Positions 19,921-30,095 of a stretch of DNA of 64,000 nucleotides are shown here, piece after piece. Where the stretch lies: positions 19,703-83,702 of the forward strand of contig CAVRHD010000001.1 of assembly GCA_963720965.1 (NCBI GenBank), written 5' to 3'. Numbering within the stretch: position 1 is the stretch's first letter; every line of letters begins with the position of its first letter. Source of the stretch: an uncultured Chloroflexia bacterium (GTDB lineage Bacteria; Chloroflexota; Limnocylindria; Limnocylindrales; CSP1-4). The position numbers were made by a program, and so were the translations under genes. The notes below the pieces were generated by a model, which saw nothing but the letters and a program-made list of their open reading frames with translations, searched no databases and had not been told where the DNA came from.

Positions 19921-22041
19921 ATGACCAGAATGGTTCGGGTTCCGCATGCCCCGGGCTGGAGCAGCGACGAGCATCCGGCGGCCCGCCTGACGCGGCGGTT
20001 GGCCGGCGATCCGCATGTCCTGCTGGCGGTCGCCCTGGTCATCCCGATGACCCTGGTCAACCTCTTCGAGCGAGGACCGAACGAGCTTGCCGTGGCCGTC
20101 CTTGCGGTGGTGTTCCTTGCGGTCCAGGCAGGACTCGCCCTGATCGGGCCGGCTGTCTCGGGCCTCCGGACCACGCGACCGAGGACGGGTCGCCTGCCGA
20201 TCGACTCGTGGGCCCTTGCCCGGCTGGCCCTGGCCGTGGTCTTCGTCGCCTCGGCCGCGTTTGCCACGGCGGATCGCACGACGGTGCCGCTGGCCCCGCT
20301 GTATATCCCGATCGTGGCCCTGGCCGCGGCGATCGGATCGAGCGAGGCGGTCGTCGTGTTCCTGCTGGTGGTCGTCGCCCGGTTCGTGCCCATCGTGGAA
20401 GGCTCTGTCGTGGCCTCGGCCATCACCGAGCAGGCGCTGGTCCTCGGGTCGGTCGGCATCGTCCTGGCCATCGGCACCCGGCGGACCGTGTCCTCGCTCA
20501 ACCTGGCCCTCGACCGGCTGCGGTCGACGAACGCGTCGGAACGCCGGCGCAACCGCCAGATCGCCGGCATCGACGCGGTCGGCCGGACGCTGGCTGCCGA
20601 TGGTCCGGTCCCCCGCTCGCTCGAGGCCGTCATGGACCTGCTGACCGGGACATTCGGCTACAGCCACGGCTCGATCTACCTGGGCGAGGAGCTGGGTGGC
20701 TCGCCGGTCGAGCTGCGGATGGGCGCCCAGCATGGCTACGACCTGCCCATCCCCGTCTTCGACGGCACCTTTGGCGTGATCGGCCGGGTGATGCGGACTC
20801 GGCAGCCCGTGCTGGCCGCCGATGTCCACGGCGACCCGGACTATGTTGGAGCGGCAACCGGCCTGCGCAGCGAGGTCTGCGCGCCGCTGCTGGCGGGTGA
20901 GGAGCTCCTCGGGATCGTCAACGTCGAATCCGACCGGGAGGTCCTCGACCAGCACGACCTCGACGTCGTGCGCCTGGTCGCCGACCGGCTCGCCTCGGCC
21001 CTCACCCTGGCCCGCGAGCGCCGCCGCCTGGCCGAGCGCGCCCAGCTCTTCCAGCGGGTGGTCCAGTTCGGCGGCGAGGTCAACTCGAGCCTGGACGGTG
21101 CGATCCTGTACGACAAGATCGTGGCCGGCCTGGTCAACGTGGTGCCCGCCGATGTGGCCGGCCTGACCCTCCTGGATCGGCGCGACGGAACCTATCGGAT
21201 GGTCGCGATCCAGGGCAGCAACCCGGCCTTCATCGGCCTCGAGATCAGACCCGGTGAAGGCACCGCCGGCCGGGCCATTCGCGACCGGGCGCCGGTCGTC
21301 GACGACCACTTCGACCGCCGGCGCTTTCCGCTCGGTACGACCGACGCACCAATTCCTGACGTCGTCGCCAGCGTTGCGGTGCCCCTCCTCCGCGACCAGG
21401 TCGTGCTCGGTGCGGTGGCCCTGATCCGGCTCGACGCCCGGCCATTCAGCGCGCTCGAGCTGGAGGTCCTCCAGATGGTCGCCTCGAAGGCAGCCCTGGC
21501 CATCACCAACGCCCAGCTCCACGCCGAGGTGATGGAGGCGTCAATCCGCGACTCGCTCACGGGCACGTTCAATCGACGTCACTTCGAGCCGAGCCTCGAG
21601 CGGATGATCGCGGCCAGGCGCCGGCTGCCGGTCGAGGACCGACCGCCCCTTGCGGCGATCCTGTTCGATCTGGACCTGTTCGGGACCTTCAACAAGGCGC
21701 ACGGCCACCAGACCGGCGACGCGGTCCTGCGCGCCTTCGGCCGTCTTCTTCAGGAACGCTTCCGGACCAGCGACCTCGTCGCCCGCTACGGCGGCGAGGA
21801 GTTCGTGGTGATCCTCGACGGAGCGGGCCGGGACGAGGCCTTCCGGATCGCCGAGGAGGTCCGGGCGGCGTTCGCCGACGAGTCATTCCGGGGAGCCGAC
21901 GGGGCGCGCCTGGCTGCCACGGTCTCGGCCGGTTGTGCCGAGCTCGGGCCGGCCGACGGCCTGAGCGACCTGCTGGGTGCCTGCGACGTCGGCCTGGCGA
22001 TGGCCAAGGGCGCCGGCCGCAACCAGGTCGTGGCCGCCTAG
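19921..22041 (+). CDS. Membrane GAF-GAF-GGDEF diguanylate cyclase
   Basis: N-terminal TM helices, two GAF-like domains, DSLTGTFNRR, GHQTGD, RTSD I-site, RYGGEEF, AKGAGRNQV. Confidence 0.9.
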   Translation: MTRMVRVPHAPGWSSDEHPAARLTRRLAGDPHVLLAVALVIPMTLVNLFERGPNELAVAVLAVVFLAVQAGLALIGPAVSGLRTTRPRTGRLPIDSWALARLALAVVFVASAAFATADRTTVPLAPLYIPIVALAAAIGSSEAVVVFLLVVVARFVPIVEGSVVASAITEQALVLGSVGIVLAIGTRRTVSSLNLALDRLRSTNASERRRNRQIAGIDAVGRTLAADGPVPRSLEAVMDLLTGTFGYSHGSIYLGEELGGSPVELRMGAQHGYDLPIPVFDGTFGVIGRVMRTRQPVLAADVHGDPDYVGAATGLRSEVCAPLLAGEELLGIVNVESDREVLDQHDLDVVRLVADRLASALTLARERRRLAERAQLFQRVVQFGGEVNSSLDGAILYDKIVAGLVNVVPADVAGLTLLDRRDGTYRMVAIQGSNPAFIGLEIRPGEGTAGRAIRDRAPVVDDHFDRRRFPLGTTDAPIPDVVASVAVPLLRDQVVLGAVALIRLDARPFSALELEVLQMVASKAALAITNAQLHAEVMEASIRDSLTGTFNRRHFEPSLERMIAARRRLPVEDRPPLAAILFDLDLFGTFNKAHGHQTGDAVLRAFGRLLQERFRTSDLVARYGGEEFVVILDGAGRDEAFRIAEEVRAAFADESFRGADGARLAATVSAGCAELGPADGLSDLLGACDVGLAMAKGAGRNQVVAA

Positions 22042-22178
22042 ACCCGGGCCGGCCGGGCCACGGAGGCCCACGGTTCCCGTTTGAAATGGGTCTATTCGCA
22101 CGCTCCCCGAATGCGTATGCTCTGGGCGGCGACCGAGGATGGTCCCCGGTCGCGTCAGATCCCCAACAGGGAGGCACG

Positions 22179-22802
22179 ATGGACCAGAGTGGATCGACCG
22201 GCGACAAGGGCGCGCCCACGGAGCCGCCTTCGGGCTGGAGCAAGCCGCCGTCAATGCCGTCGCCAGCGCAGCCGGGACCGAAGGGCTTCGTCTACGCCGA
22301 CGTTCCGAACCGGGCGATTGCCTACCTCATCGACATCATCGTCCTGGCCATCATCAACTTCGTCATCTTCGCGATCCTCGGCGCCGTCGGCCTGCGTGTC
22401 GTCACCGTCGACCTGGCCAACGGGATCCAGTACAACTACATCCTGTCGCTGGTCTTCGCTGCGCTCGGCCTGGCGATCAGCGCCGGGTACTTCATCTACA
22501 CCTGGACCAGGATGCGGGCGACCCTGGGCATGAAGGCCCTCGGACTGCAGGTCGGAGACGCCGGCAACGGCACGACCCTGACCCAGGACCAGGCCATCAA
22601 GCGCTGGCTCGCCCTCGGCGCCATCTTCGGGATCGTGCAGGCCTTCAGTCCGCTGCCCCTCCTGAGCATCCTGATCTACCTGGCTGCCTTCGGTTGGTTC
22701 ATCTTCCTCGTGTACACCACGTACTCGAGCCCGACCAAGCAGGGCTGGCACGACATCTTCGCCCACACCATGGTGGTCAAGGCAACCAACACGGTCGCCT
22801 GA
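22179..22802 (+). CDS. RDD family membrane protein
   Basis: GGAGG SD; YADVPNRAIAYLID, ATLGMKALGLQV, KQGWHDIFAHTMVV. Confidence 0.9.
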   Translation: MDQSGSTGDKGAPTEPPSGWSKPPSMPSPAQPGPKGFVYADVPNRAIAYLIDIIVLAIINFVIFAILGAVGLRVVTVDLANGIQYNYILSLVFAALGLAISAGYFIYTWTRMRATLGMKALGLQVGDAGNGTTLTQDQAIKRWLALGAIFGIVQAFSPLPLLSILIYLAAFGWFIFLVYTTYSSPTKQGWHDIFAHTMVVKATNTVA

Positions 22803-22821
22803 CCCGCGCCGCGCGCACGAC

Positions 22822-22854
22822 CGAGGCCCGGCACCCGAGCGGTACCGGGCCTCG
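22822..22854 (+). terminator. Stem-loop after the RDD gene
   Basis: cgaggcccgg / ccgggcctcg inverted repeat. Confidence 0.5.
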
Positions 22855-22877
22855 TCATGTCCGGCACACTGGGAGCC

Positions 22878-23987
22878 GTGCGTGCAGCAGTGCTCCAGGA
22901 GCCGGGTCGGGCGGTCGTGATCGAGGACCTCGACCTCGACGAGCCACGGGCGGGCGAAGTCCGGGTCAGGATCCTGGCCAGCGGCGTGTGCCATTCGGAC
23001 CTTCACCTGCGCGACGCCGAGTGGCCGCGGCCGGGCCCGTTCGTGATCGGACACGAGGGCGCCGGTGTCGTCGAGGCGCTCGGGCCAGGCGTTGCCGGGG
23101 ACCCATCCGGCCTGCACGTCGGCCGGCTCGTCGCCCTCAGCTGGTATGCGCCGTGCGGTCGCTGCCCGGCCTGTCGCGGCGGCCGTGAGTGGCTGTGCTC
23201 TGGATCGGGCTCGAGCCGCCACCGCCTGGCCGACGGAACCACGCGCTGGCATCGCCGCGACGGATCGGAGATCTATCCGTACTGCGGGATCGGGACGATG
23301 GCCGAGGCAGTGGTCGTCCCGGTGGCTGCGGCGATCCCGATGCCCGACGGGCTCGCCCCGGAGGTCGCGGCACTGATCGGGTGCTGCGTGTCGACCGGCG
23401 TCGGCGCCGTGACCAAGACCGCCCAGGTGCCGGCCGGGGCCAGCGCCGTCGTGATCGGGCTCGGCGGCGTCGGGTTGTCGGCCGTGATGGGTGCGGTCCT
23501 CGCCGGGGCGGATCCGATCGTTGCCGTCGACCGGGTGCCGGCCAAGCTCGAGCTGGCCCGGCAGCTCGGTGCCACTGATGTCGTCCTGGCCGGAGCCGAC
23601 CCGACCGCGACCGAGGCCGAGATCCGAGCCCGATGCGGGGCCGGACCGGACTTCACGTTCGAAGCGATCGGCCTGGCGGCAACGATCGACCAGGCGATCC
23701 GGCTGCTGCCACCGGGCGGCACCGCCGTGCTCGTCGGGATGACACCGTTCGGGGTCCGGGCCAGCTTCGAGGTGTTCCCGTTCGTCGACGGCAGCCGCTC
23801 GATCCTCGGCAGCAACTACGGCTTTGCGGTCGCTTCGATCGACTTTCCGCGCTACGCCCGGCTGCAGCTGGCTGGACGCCTGCCGATCGAGCGCCTGATC
23901 GAGCGCCGGATCTCCCTTGACGAGGTGGAGGACGCCTTCGGCCGGCTGCGGGCGGGCGATGGGCTGCGCAACGTCGTCACCTTCTGA
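22878..23987 (+). CDS. Zinc-dependent alcohol dehydrogenase (MDR, class III-like)
   Basis: GVCHSD, GHEGAG, CGRCPAC..G...LC, GLGGVG. GTG start at 22878 preferred; ATG at 22857 is an alternative. Confidence 0.92.
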   Translation: MRAAVLQEPGRAVVIEDLDLDEPRAGEVRVRILASGVCHSDLHLRDAEWPRPGPFVIGHEGAGVVEALGPGVAGDPSGLHVGRLVALSWYAPCGRCPACRGGREWLCSGSGSSRHRLADGTTRWHRRDGSEIYPYCGIGTMAEAVVVPVAAAIPMPDGLAPEVAALIGCCVSTGVGAVTKTAQVPAGASAVVIGLGGVGLSAVMGAVLAGADPIVAVDRVPAKLELARQLGATDVVLAGADPTATEAEIRARCGAGPDFTFEAIGLAATIDQAIRLLPPGGTAVLVGMTPFGVRASFEVFPFVDGSRSILGSNYGFAVASIDFPRYARLQLAGRLPIERLIERRISLDEVEDAFGRLRAGDGLRNVVTF

Positions 23988-23993
23988 GACCGC

Positions 23994-25280
23994 CTAGCGA
24001 CCGGGCAGGACAGCCCGCCACAGCTCGGGGAAGGCCCTGGCCACGACGCCCACCCCGACCAGGCAGAGCAGGCCGCCGGACACGACCGAGAACTGGGCGC
24101 CAAAGATCGCGGCCACCCCGGTCGCCTCGAGGTCGCCCAGGCGCGGCCCGCTCGTGACGACCAGCAGGTGGATCGAGGTGACCCGCCCGCGCAGCTCATC
24201 GGGGGTCCCCAGCTGGAGGATCGTCGAGCGGAAGACCGCCGACAGGACATCGGCGGCCCCGGCGATCGCGATGAGCAGGAGGGCCAGTGGGAACGAGAAC
24301 GTGGCCAGGCCGAAGCCGGTGATCGCCAGGCCCCACACGATCACGGCCAGGATCACCGCCCGCCCGACCCGCCGGACGCTCGACACCCAGCCGGACAGGA
24401 GGGCGCCGAAGAACGCGCCAACCCCCGGCGCGGCGGCCAGCAGGCCGAAGCCGACCGGCCCAACCTTGAACACGTCGAGGGCCAGGACCGGGAAGAGCGC
24501 CGTGGGCATCCCAAAGATCATGGCCACGAGGTCGATCGCAAAGGTCGACAGGATGACCCGGTGCTGCCGCGCGAACCGGAGGCCCTCGACGATCGCGTCG
24601 ATCCCGGGCCGGGCGACCTGGCCGATCGGCGGCAGCGGGCCGATCACGGTCAGGGCGACGAGCGACGCTCCGAAGCTGACGACGTCGACGGCATAGGCGC
24701 CGGCCACGCCGACCGTGGCCAGGAGCAGACCGCCGACGGCCGGCCCGACGATCGAAGCCGCCTGGAAGCTGAGCTGGTTCAGTGCAATCGCCGCCGGCAG
24801 GCGGGCCGGGGTCACCAGCCGGGGCACGGCGGCCGCCCGAGTCGGAGCATCGACCGCGCCGATTCCGGCGGCGGCGAAGGCCACGACGTAGATCGCCAGC
24901 AGGGACGGCGAGGGAACGACGGCGAGGACCACCAGGAGCAGGCTCATCGAGGCCGACCCGATCTGGGTCACGACCAGGATCCTGCGCCGGTCGACGGCGT
25001 CGGCCACCGTCCCTGCACCGAGCGAGAAGAGCAGGATCGGGATGAGCTGGACGAGGACGAGTCCGCCAATCGCCAGGGTCGATCCGGTCAGGACGAACAC
25101 CTGGTAGGGCAGGACGATCCTGGTGATCTGGCTGCCCATCCCCGAGATGAGCTGGCCCAGCCACAGCGCCCGGAACTGGCGGTGGTAGCGAAGCGGGGCC
25201 GTGTCGAGGAAGAGGCCCCGCACGCGACCGCGGCGAGGTGCGGCCGGAGGTTCGACCGGCGCGGTCGCGGGGCTGGTCAC
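23994..25280 (-). CDS. MFS transporter (EntS/DHA3-like)
   Basis: FRALWLGQLIS, G.VADAVDRRR, GPAVGGLL, PDELRGRV; about 12 TM segments. Confidence 0.9.
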   Translation of the reverse strand: MTSPATAPVEPPAAPRRGRVRGLFLDTAPLRYHRQFRALWLGQLISGMGSQITRIVLPYQVFVLTGSTLAIGGLVLVQLIPILLFSLGAGTVADAVDRRRILVVTQIGSASMSLLLVVLAVVPSPSLLAIYVVAFAAAGIGAVDAPTRAAAVPRLVTPARLPAAIALNQLSFQAASIVGPAVGGLLLATVGVAGAYAVDVVSFGASLVALTVIGPLPPIGQVARPGIDAIVEGLRFARQHRVILSTFAIDLVAMIFGMPTALFPVLALDVFKVGPVGFGLLAAAPGVGAFFGALLSGWVSSVRRVGRAVILAVIVWGLAITGFGLATFSFPLALLLIAIAGAADVLSAVFRSTILQLGTPDELRGRVTSIHLLVVTSGPRLGDLEATGVAAIFGAQFSVVSGGLLCLVGVGVVARAFPELWRAVLPGR

Positions 25281-25324
25281 CGAGCCGGTCTGGGACCTGT
25301 TGTCGAGACGGGCGACTCGTTCGT

Positions 25325-28123
25325 CTAGCGATCCCGTTCGGCGGCCGAGGCGAGAGTCGCCTGGGCGGCCGCGAGGCGGGCCACGGGCACCCGGAATGGT
25401 GAGCAGGACACGTAGTCCAGGCCGATCCGCTCGCACTTCGCGATCGATTCCGGATCGCCGCCGTGCTCGCCGCAGATCCCCAGCTCGATGTCCGGCCGGG
25501 TGGCCCGGCCCTTGTCGACGGCGATCTTCATCAGCCCGACCGACGGCGTCATCCAGGGTCTGGAACGGATTGGCCGGCAGGATGTGGTCCTCGACGTACT
25601 TCAGCAGGAAGCCACCTTCGGCGTCGTCCCGGCTGTAGCCGAAGGTCATCTGGGTCAGGTCGTTCGTGCCGAAGCTGAAGAATGCCGCGTCGGTCGCGAT
25701 CTGGTCGGCGGTCAGCGCGCCGCGGGGGACCTCGATCATCGTGCCGAACTTGTAGTCGAGGGCGACGCCGGCCGCGCCGGCGACGGCGCGTGCCTCGGTC
25801 TCCAGGATCTGCTTCGTCGCCGAAAGCTCGTTCACGTGGCCGACAAGCGGGATCATGATCTTGGCGATCGGGTGACCGCCGGCCTTGGTGACCGCGATCT
25901 GGGCGTTCAGGATCGCCCGGGTCTGGATCTTCACGAAGTCCGGGATCATCAGGCCCAGCCGGCAGCCACGCAGGCCGAGCATCGGGTTCTGCTCGCGCAT
26001 CGATTCGACCACCGCCAGGACCTCGCGCGCCCGGCTGTAGGCGGGATCGTCCTCGGGCGTGCCTCGCTCGCGCAGCTCGGTCACCTCGACCAGCAGGTCG
26101 TCGTGGTTGGGCAGGAACTCGTGGAGGGGCGGGTCGATCAGCCGAACGACCACCGGCAGGCCGTCCATGGCCCGGAAGATCCCTTCGAAATCACCCTGCT
26201 GCAGCCGCTCCAGGCGAGCCATCGCCGAGTCGAACCGCTCGACGATCGCGCGCTCGTCGGGATCGAGCTCCTCGCCGGCGTCGCGCCGGGCCTTGGCCCG
26301 GGTGGCGGCATTGGCCACGAGAATCGCGCCGCGCACGATCTCGAGGCGCTCGCCCTCGCGGAACATGTGCTCGGTCCGGCACAAGCCGATCCCCTGGGCG
26401 CCGTACGAGCGGGCCAGGGCGGCCTCCTCGGGCTTGTCGGCGTTGGTCCACACCCCCATCCGGCGTATGCCGTCGGCCCAGCCCAGGATGGTCCGCAGGT
26501 CGGGCTGGTCCTCGAAGCGGGCCGAGACGGTGGGCATGGCGCCGAGGAAGACCTCGCCGGTCGAACCGTCGACGCTGAGCCAGTCGCCCTCGGCGAAGGC
26601 CAGCCCCGATTCGATGCTGCGGGCGGTCCGCGCGCCGTAGTCGATGACGAGCTCGGCACAGCCGGCCACGCACGGCTTGCCGATCTGGCGGGCAACGACC
26701 GCGGCATGGGAGGTCGCCCCGCCGCGGGCGGTCAGGATGCCCTGGGCGACGGCCATGCCGTGGAAGTCGTCGGGCGAGGTCTCGATCCGCACGAGGACGA
26801 CGCGTTCACCGCGACCGACCCAGGCGACGGCGTCGTCGGCCGACGAAGACGGCCCGGCCGACGGCCGCGCCGGGCGAGGCGTTCAGGCCGCGAGCGATCC
26901 GGGTTGCCGACTGGCGCGCGGCCGGGTCGTACTGGTCGCGCAGGAGCTGGTCGATCTGGGCCGGCTCGATCCGCCCGACCGCCTCCTCCTTGGTGATGAC
27001 GCCCTCGCCTACCATGTCGGCCGCGATCTTGACGGCCGCGGCGGCGGTCCGCTTCGCGCTGCGGGTCTGGAGCATGAACAGGTGGCCGCGCTCGATCGTG
27101 AACTCGAGGTCCTGGACGTCGCGATAGTGGCGCTCGAGGCGCTCCGCGATCCGCTGGAACTCGGCGTAGGCCTGGGGCAGGTCGCGCTCGAGGTTGCTGA
27201 TCTTGTGAGGCGTCCGGATCCCGGCCACGACATCCTCGCCCTGGGCGTTGGTCAGGTACTCGCCGTACAGCACCTTCTCGCCGGTGTTCGGGTCGCGGGT
27301 GAACGCGACCCCGGTGCCCGAGTCGTCGCCCATGTTGCCGAAGACCATCGTCACGATGTTCACGGCCGTGCCCAGGTCATGGCGGATCTTGCTGATTCTC
27401 GCGGTAGTCGTGGGCGCGCTTGCCGAACCACGACGCGAAGACCGCCTTCGATGGCCAGGTCGAGCTGGTCGAACGGGTCGCTCGGGAAGTCGCGGCCGGT
27501 GTCGGCCTTGACGATCGCCTTGAACGCCTCGCTCACGTGCTGGAGGGCCGCCGCGTCGAGGTCGGTGTCCTGCTTGGCGCCGTGGATCGACTTGGCGTGC
27601 GTCGAGGGCCTCGTCGAACTTCTCGGCATCGACGCCCATCACGATCCGGCCGAACATCTGGATGAACCGGCGGTAGGCATCCCAGCCGAAGCGCTCGTTG
27701 CCGGTCAGCGCGATCAGGCCGTGCAGCGTGTGCTCGTTCAGGCCCAGGTTGAGGACCGTGTCCATCATCCCCGGCATCGAGAACTTCGCGCCGGAGCGGA
27801 CGCGAGACGAGGAGCGGATTGGCCGGATCGCCGAAGCCCTTGCCGGTCTGCCGCTCGACATCGCGGACCGCCTCGAGGACGTCCTGCCACAGCCCGTCGG
27901 GGAGCTTCTCGCCGGCCGCGAAGTAGTCGTTGCAGGCCTCGGTCGTGATCGTGAAGCCGGGCGGCACCGGCAGGCCCGCGTTGGTCATCTCGGCCAGGCC
28001 GGCGCCCTTGCCGCCGAGCAGGTCTCGCATCGCCGCGCTGCCCTCGGCCCGGCCGCCGCCCCAGGCGTAGATGTAGCGCTTGGCGGCAACGTGGGAGCGC
28101 TCGCTCGTGGCAGTCTCGGTCAT
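25325..28123 (-). CDS. ppdK: Pyruvate, phosphate dikinase (several frameshifts)
   Basis: [93 protein letters not shown]. Confidence 0.95.
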
Positions 28124-28283
28124 CGGGGGTGGGGCTCCTTCGATTTGACGCTCGGGGCCGGACAGGATGTGTTCGTCCGATTGTACCCGTGGGCCTCGCC
28201 GACCCTCGGTTGTGGATCGGTTAGGAGGGTCCGGGGAGCGGCTGGCGGCCTCAGCCGCGGGCGCAGTGCTGCGCTCCTGCCCT

Positions 28284-28474
28284 CGATATCACTGCCATTT
28301 CTAGCGAACCAGCTCCGCGGACCCAGGCGACCCCCTCACGCCCGGTGCGGCGCTCAGCCCAACGAACGCTGAGCACGAAGTGACTGGTCGGGCCACCTGC
28401 CGTCTGGGCCTGGGTTGCCCCGGTGAAGGCCTCGGTGCCAGAAACCCGGTCTCCTAAGAATGGCCGTTATATCG
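28284..28474. repeat. ~190-bp palindromic element, copy 1 (MITE/REPIN-like)
   Basis: Imperfect terminal inverted repeats cgatatcactgccatttctag (28284-28304) and ctaagaatggccgttatatcg (28454-28474); central cgctgagcacgaa at 28367. Confidence 0.65.
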
Positions 28475-28513
28475 GATGGATCAGCCCTGTCGCCTGCGAC
28501 TATCCTGGCTCGC

Positions 28514-29420
28514 GTGAGCCTCGACGCACAGGTTCGTCTCCACGCCTTCGGGTGGCTCCGCGACCGAATCTCGGAGCACGGCGAAGTCCTGCCCCGCGCG
28601 ATGCTCGCCGAGGGTTTCATCTTCGAAGGTGATCGCGTGGCCCTGCTCGGTCCTCAGGGGATCTTCAAGCCACGCCTGTGCGAGCTACCACTGTCAATCA
28701 CGACCTCGCCGAACGGGCCGTACAAGGACATCGCGGGCGACAACGGACTCATCGAATACCGCTATCGGGGCGTCGACCCGGCGCACCCGGACAATGTTGG
28801 ACTGCGAAGGGCGATAGCCGCCCAGACGCCGCTGGTTTACTTCGTCGGCATCGAGCCGGGTCGCTATGCCGCCGTCCTGCCAGCCTTCATTGTCGGCGAT
28901 GACATCAATGCCCTGACATTCACCGTACAGGCCGACGACCTCGATTTGACCCTGATTGGACGCGAACCGAGGGTCGCCGTGGCTGATGATCCCGGTGACG
29001 CGCGCCGGCGGTACATCACGACGACCGTCCAGCGACGTCTCCACCAGGCGGCCTTCCGCGAGCGAGTCCTGCGCGCCTACACAGGCGCCTGCGCCCTGTG
29101 TCACTTGCGTCATGCCGAGCTGCTCGATGCAGCTCACATCGACGAGGATTCGAGCGAGCTCGGCGAGCCGCTCATCTCGAATGGGCTCGCGATGTGCAAG
29201 CTTCACCATGCTGCCTTCGACAGCGACCTGCTCACGGTCCGTCCCGACTACCGAGTCGAGAATTCGACCGTCGATCATGGGCGAGTCTGACGGTCCCATG
29301 TTGGTTGTCGGCCTGCAGCAGGTTCAGGGCCAGCTGATCGGACTGCCCCGCCGGTCATCCGAGCGACCCGATCCGGTCCGCTTGGAACGCCGCTACGAAC
29401 GGTTCATCCGAGCGTCGTAG
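28514..29420 (+). CDS. HNH endonuclease with SRA-like N-terminal domain (putative modification-dependent restriction enzyme); frameshift near 29260
   Basis: PY.D...IEYRYRG..P.HPDNVGLRRA; RRLHQAAFRERVLRAY...CALC...LDAAHI...NGLAMCKLHHAAFD; C-terminus continues in another frame (DGPML..GLQ...RYERF). TATCCT 7 nt before GTG. Confidence 0.85.
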
Positions 29421-29434
29421 CCGGCGGCCCAACG

Positions 29435-29728
29435 TCAGGCGACCAGGCCGACGTATGGTCTTCGGTCATGGCCTTGACCTCGATCGTGTGACCGCTCACA
29501 TCCGCCGCCGTGGCAAGTTGACTCCAATTCCTGCAGGCCCTGGGAGATCGCATCCTCGTCGCTGACCGCATCCATATCGAAGGACACGCGCAGCACGCTC
29601 AGTGCGTCAGGCTCAATCCCAACGCATGCCTCGGGGTCATTTGGACGAAACGCGGCATCCAGACGCTGCAGGGTCGGCTCGTCAATGGAGAGACCGTGAT
29701 CCCACCGGCCATAGATCGCGTACTCCAT
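29435..29728 (-). CDS. Small acidic hypothetical protein (possible 3' frameshift)
   Basis: TATAGT 6 nt before ATG; MEYAIYGRWD...LRVSFDMDAVSDEDAISQG. Confidence 0.55.
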   Translation of the reverse strand: MEYAIYGRWDHGLSIDEPTLQRLDAAFRPNDPEACVGIEPDALSVLRVSFDMDAVSDEDAISQGLQELESTCHGGGCERSHDRGQGHDRRPYVGLVA

Positions 29729-29806
29729 CGGGCGACTATAGGTGGCGCTCGGAAGACAAGATCTCAGCAGCCCAAGCAGTTGGCAGCTGAACGGCGGTCG
29801 GGGCGA

Positions 29807-29993
29807 AATATCACCACAATTCGTAGCTTGCGTGCTGGCCGCTGTGAAACGGGTGTTTGAGCCACGTCGAGGTGTGCAGAGCTCGGCCGCTGAGCACGAA
29901 ATCTGCTCAGCGGACCCGCCGAGAACCGGGATTCTCCCGGCCGAACCCGACTTCTCGCACCGCTAACGGTTAGCTAGCAATAGTGGTGATATT
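29807..29993. repeat. ~187-bp palindromic element, copy 2
   Basis: aatatcaccacaattcgtagc (29807-29827) and gctagcaatagtggtgatatt (29973-29993) match 18/21 as inverted repeats; central perfect stem ccgctgagca-N7-tgctcagcgg at 29887-29913. Confidence 0.7.
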
Positions 29994-30095
29994 GGTGCCA
30001 TCGACGAGGTGAGCCCGGGGCGGCTCACGCTCGACCGAGTTGTCAGACGCCCGGCCGCGCCGGGCAGGGCCCGAGCCACGGCCCTTGACGAAGGG

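Noticed and set aside
23994-26792. PPDK-MFS fusion protein
   Set aside because: The true PPDK C-terminus (GICGEHGG...RLAAAQA) is in ORF 25325-25552; the fusion is a frameshift artefact.
28284-29993. Classical integron cassette array
   Set aside because: GCCCAAC/GCTAAC/GTTAGC words occur, but there is no intI gene in the window, the elements are longer than typical attC sites, their arms are largely unpaired, and the genes are convergent. Kept only as an analogy.
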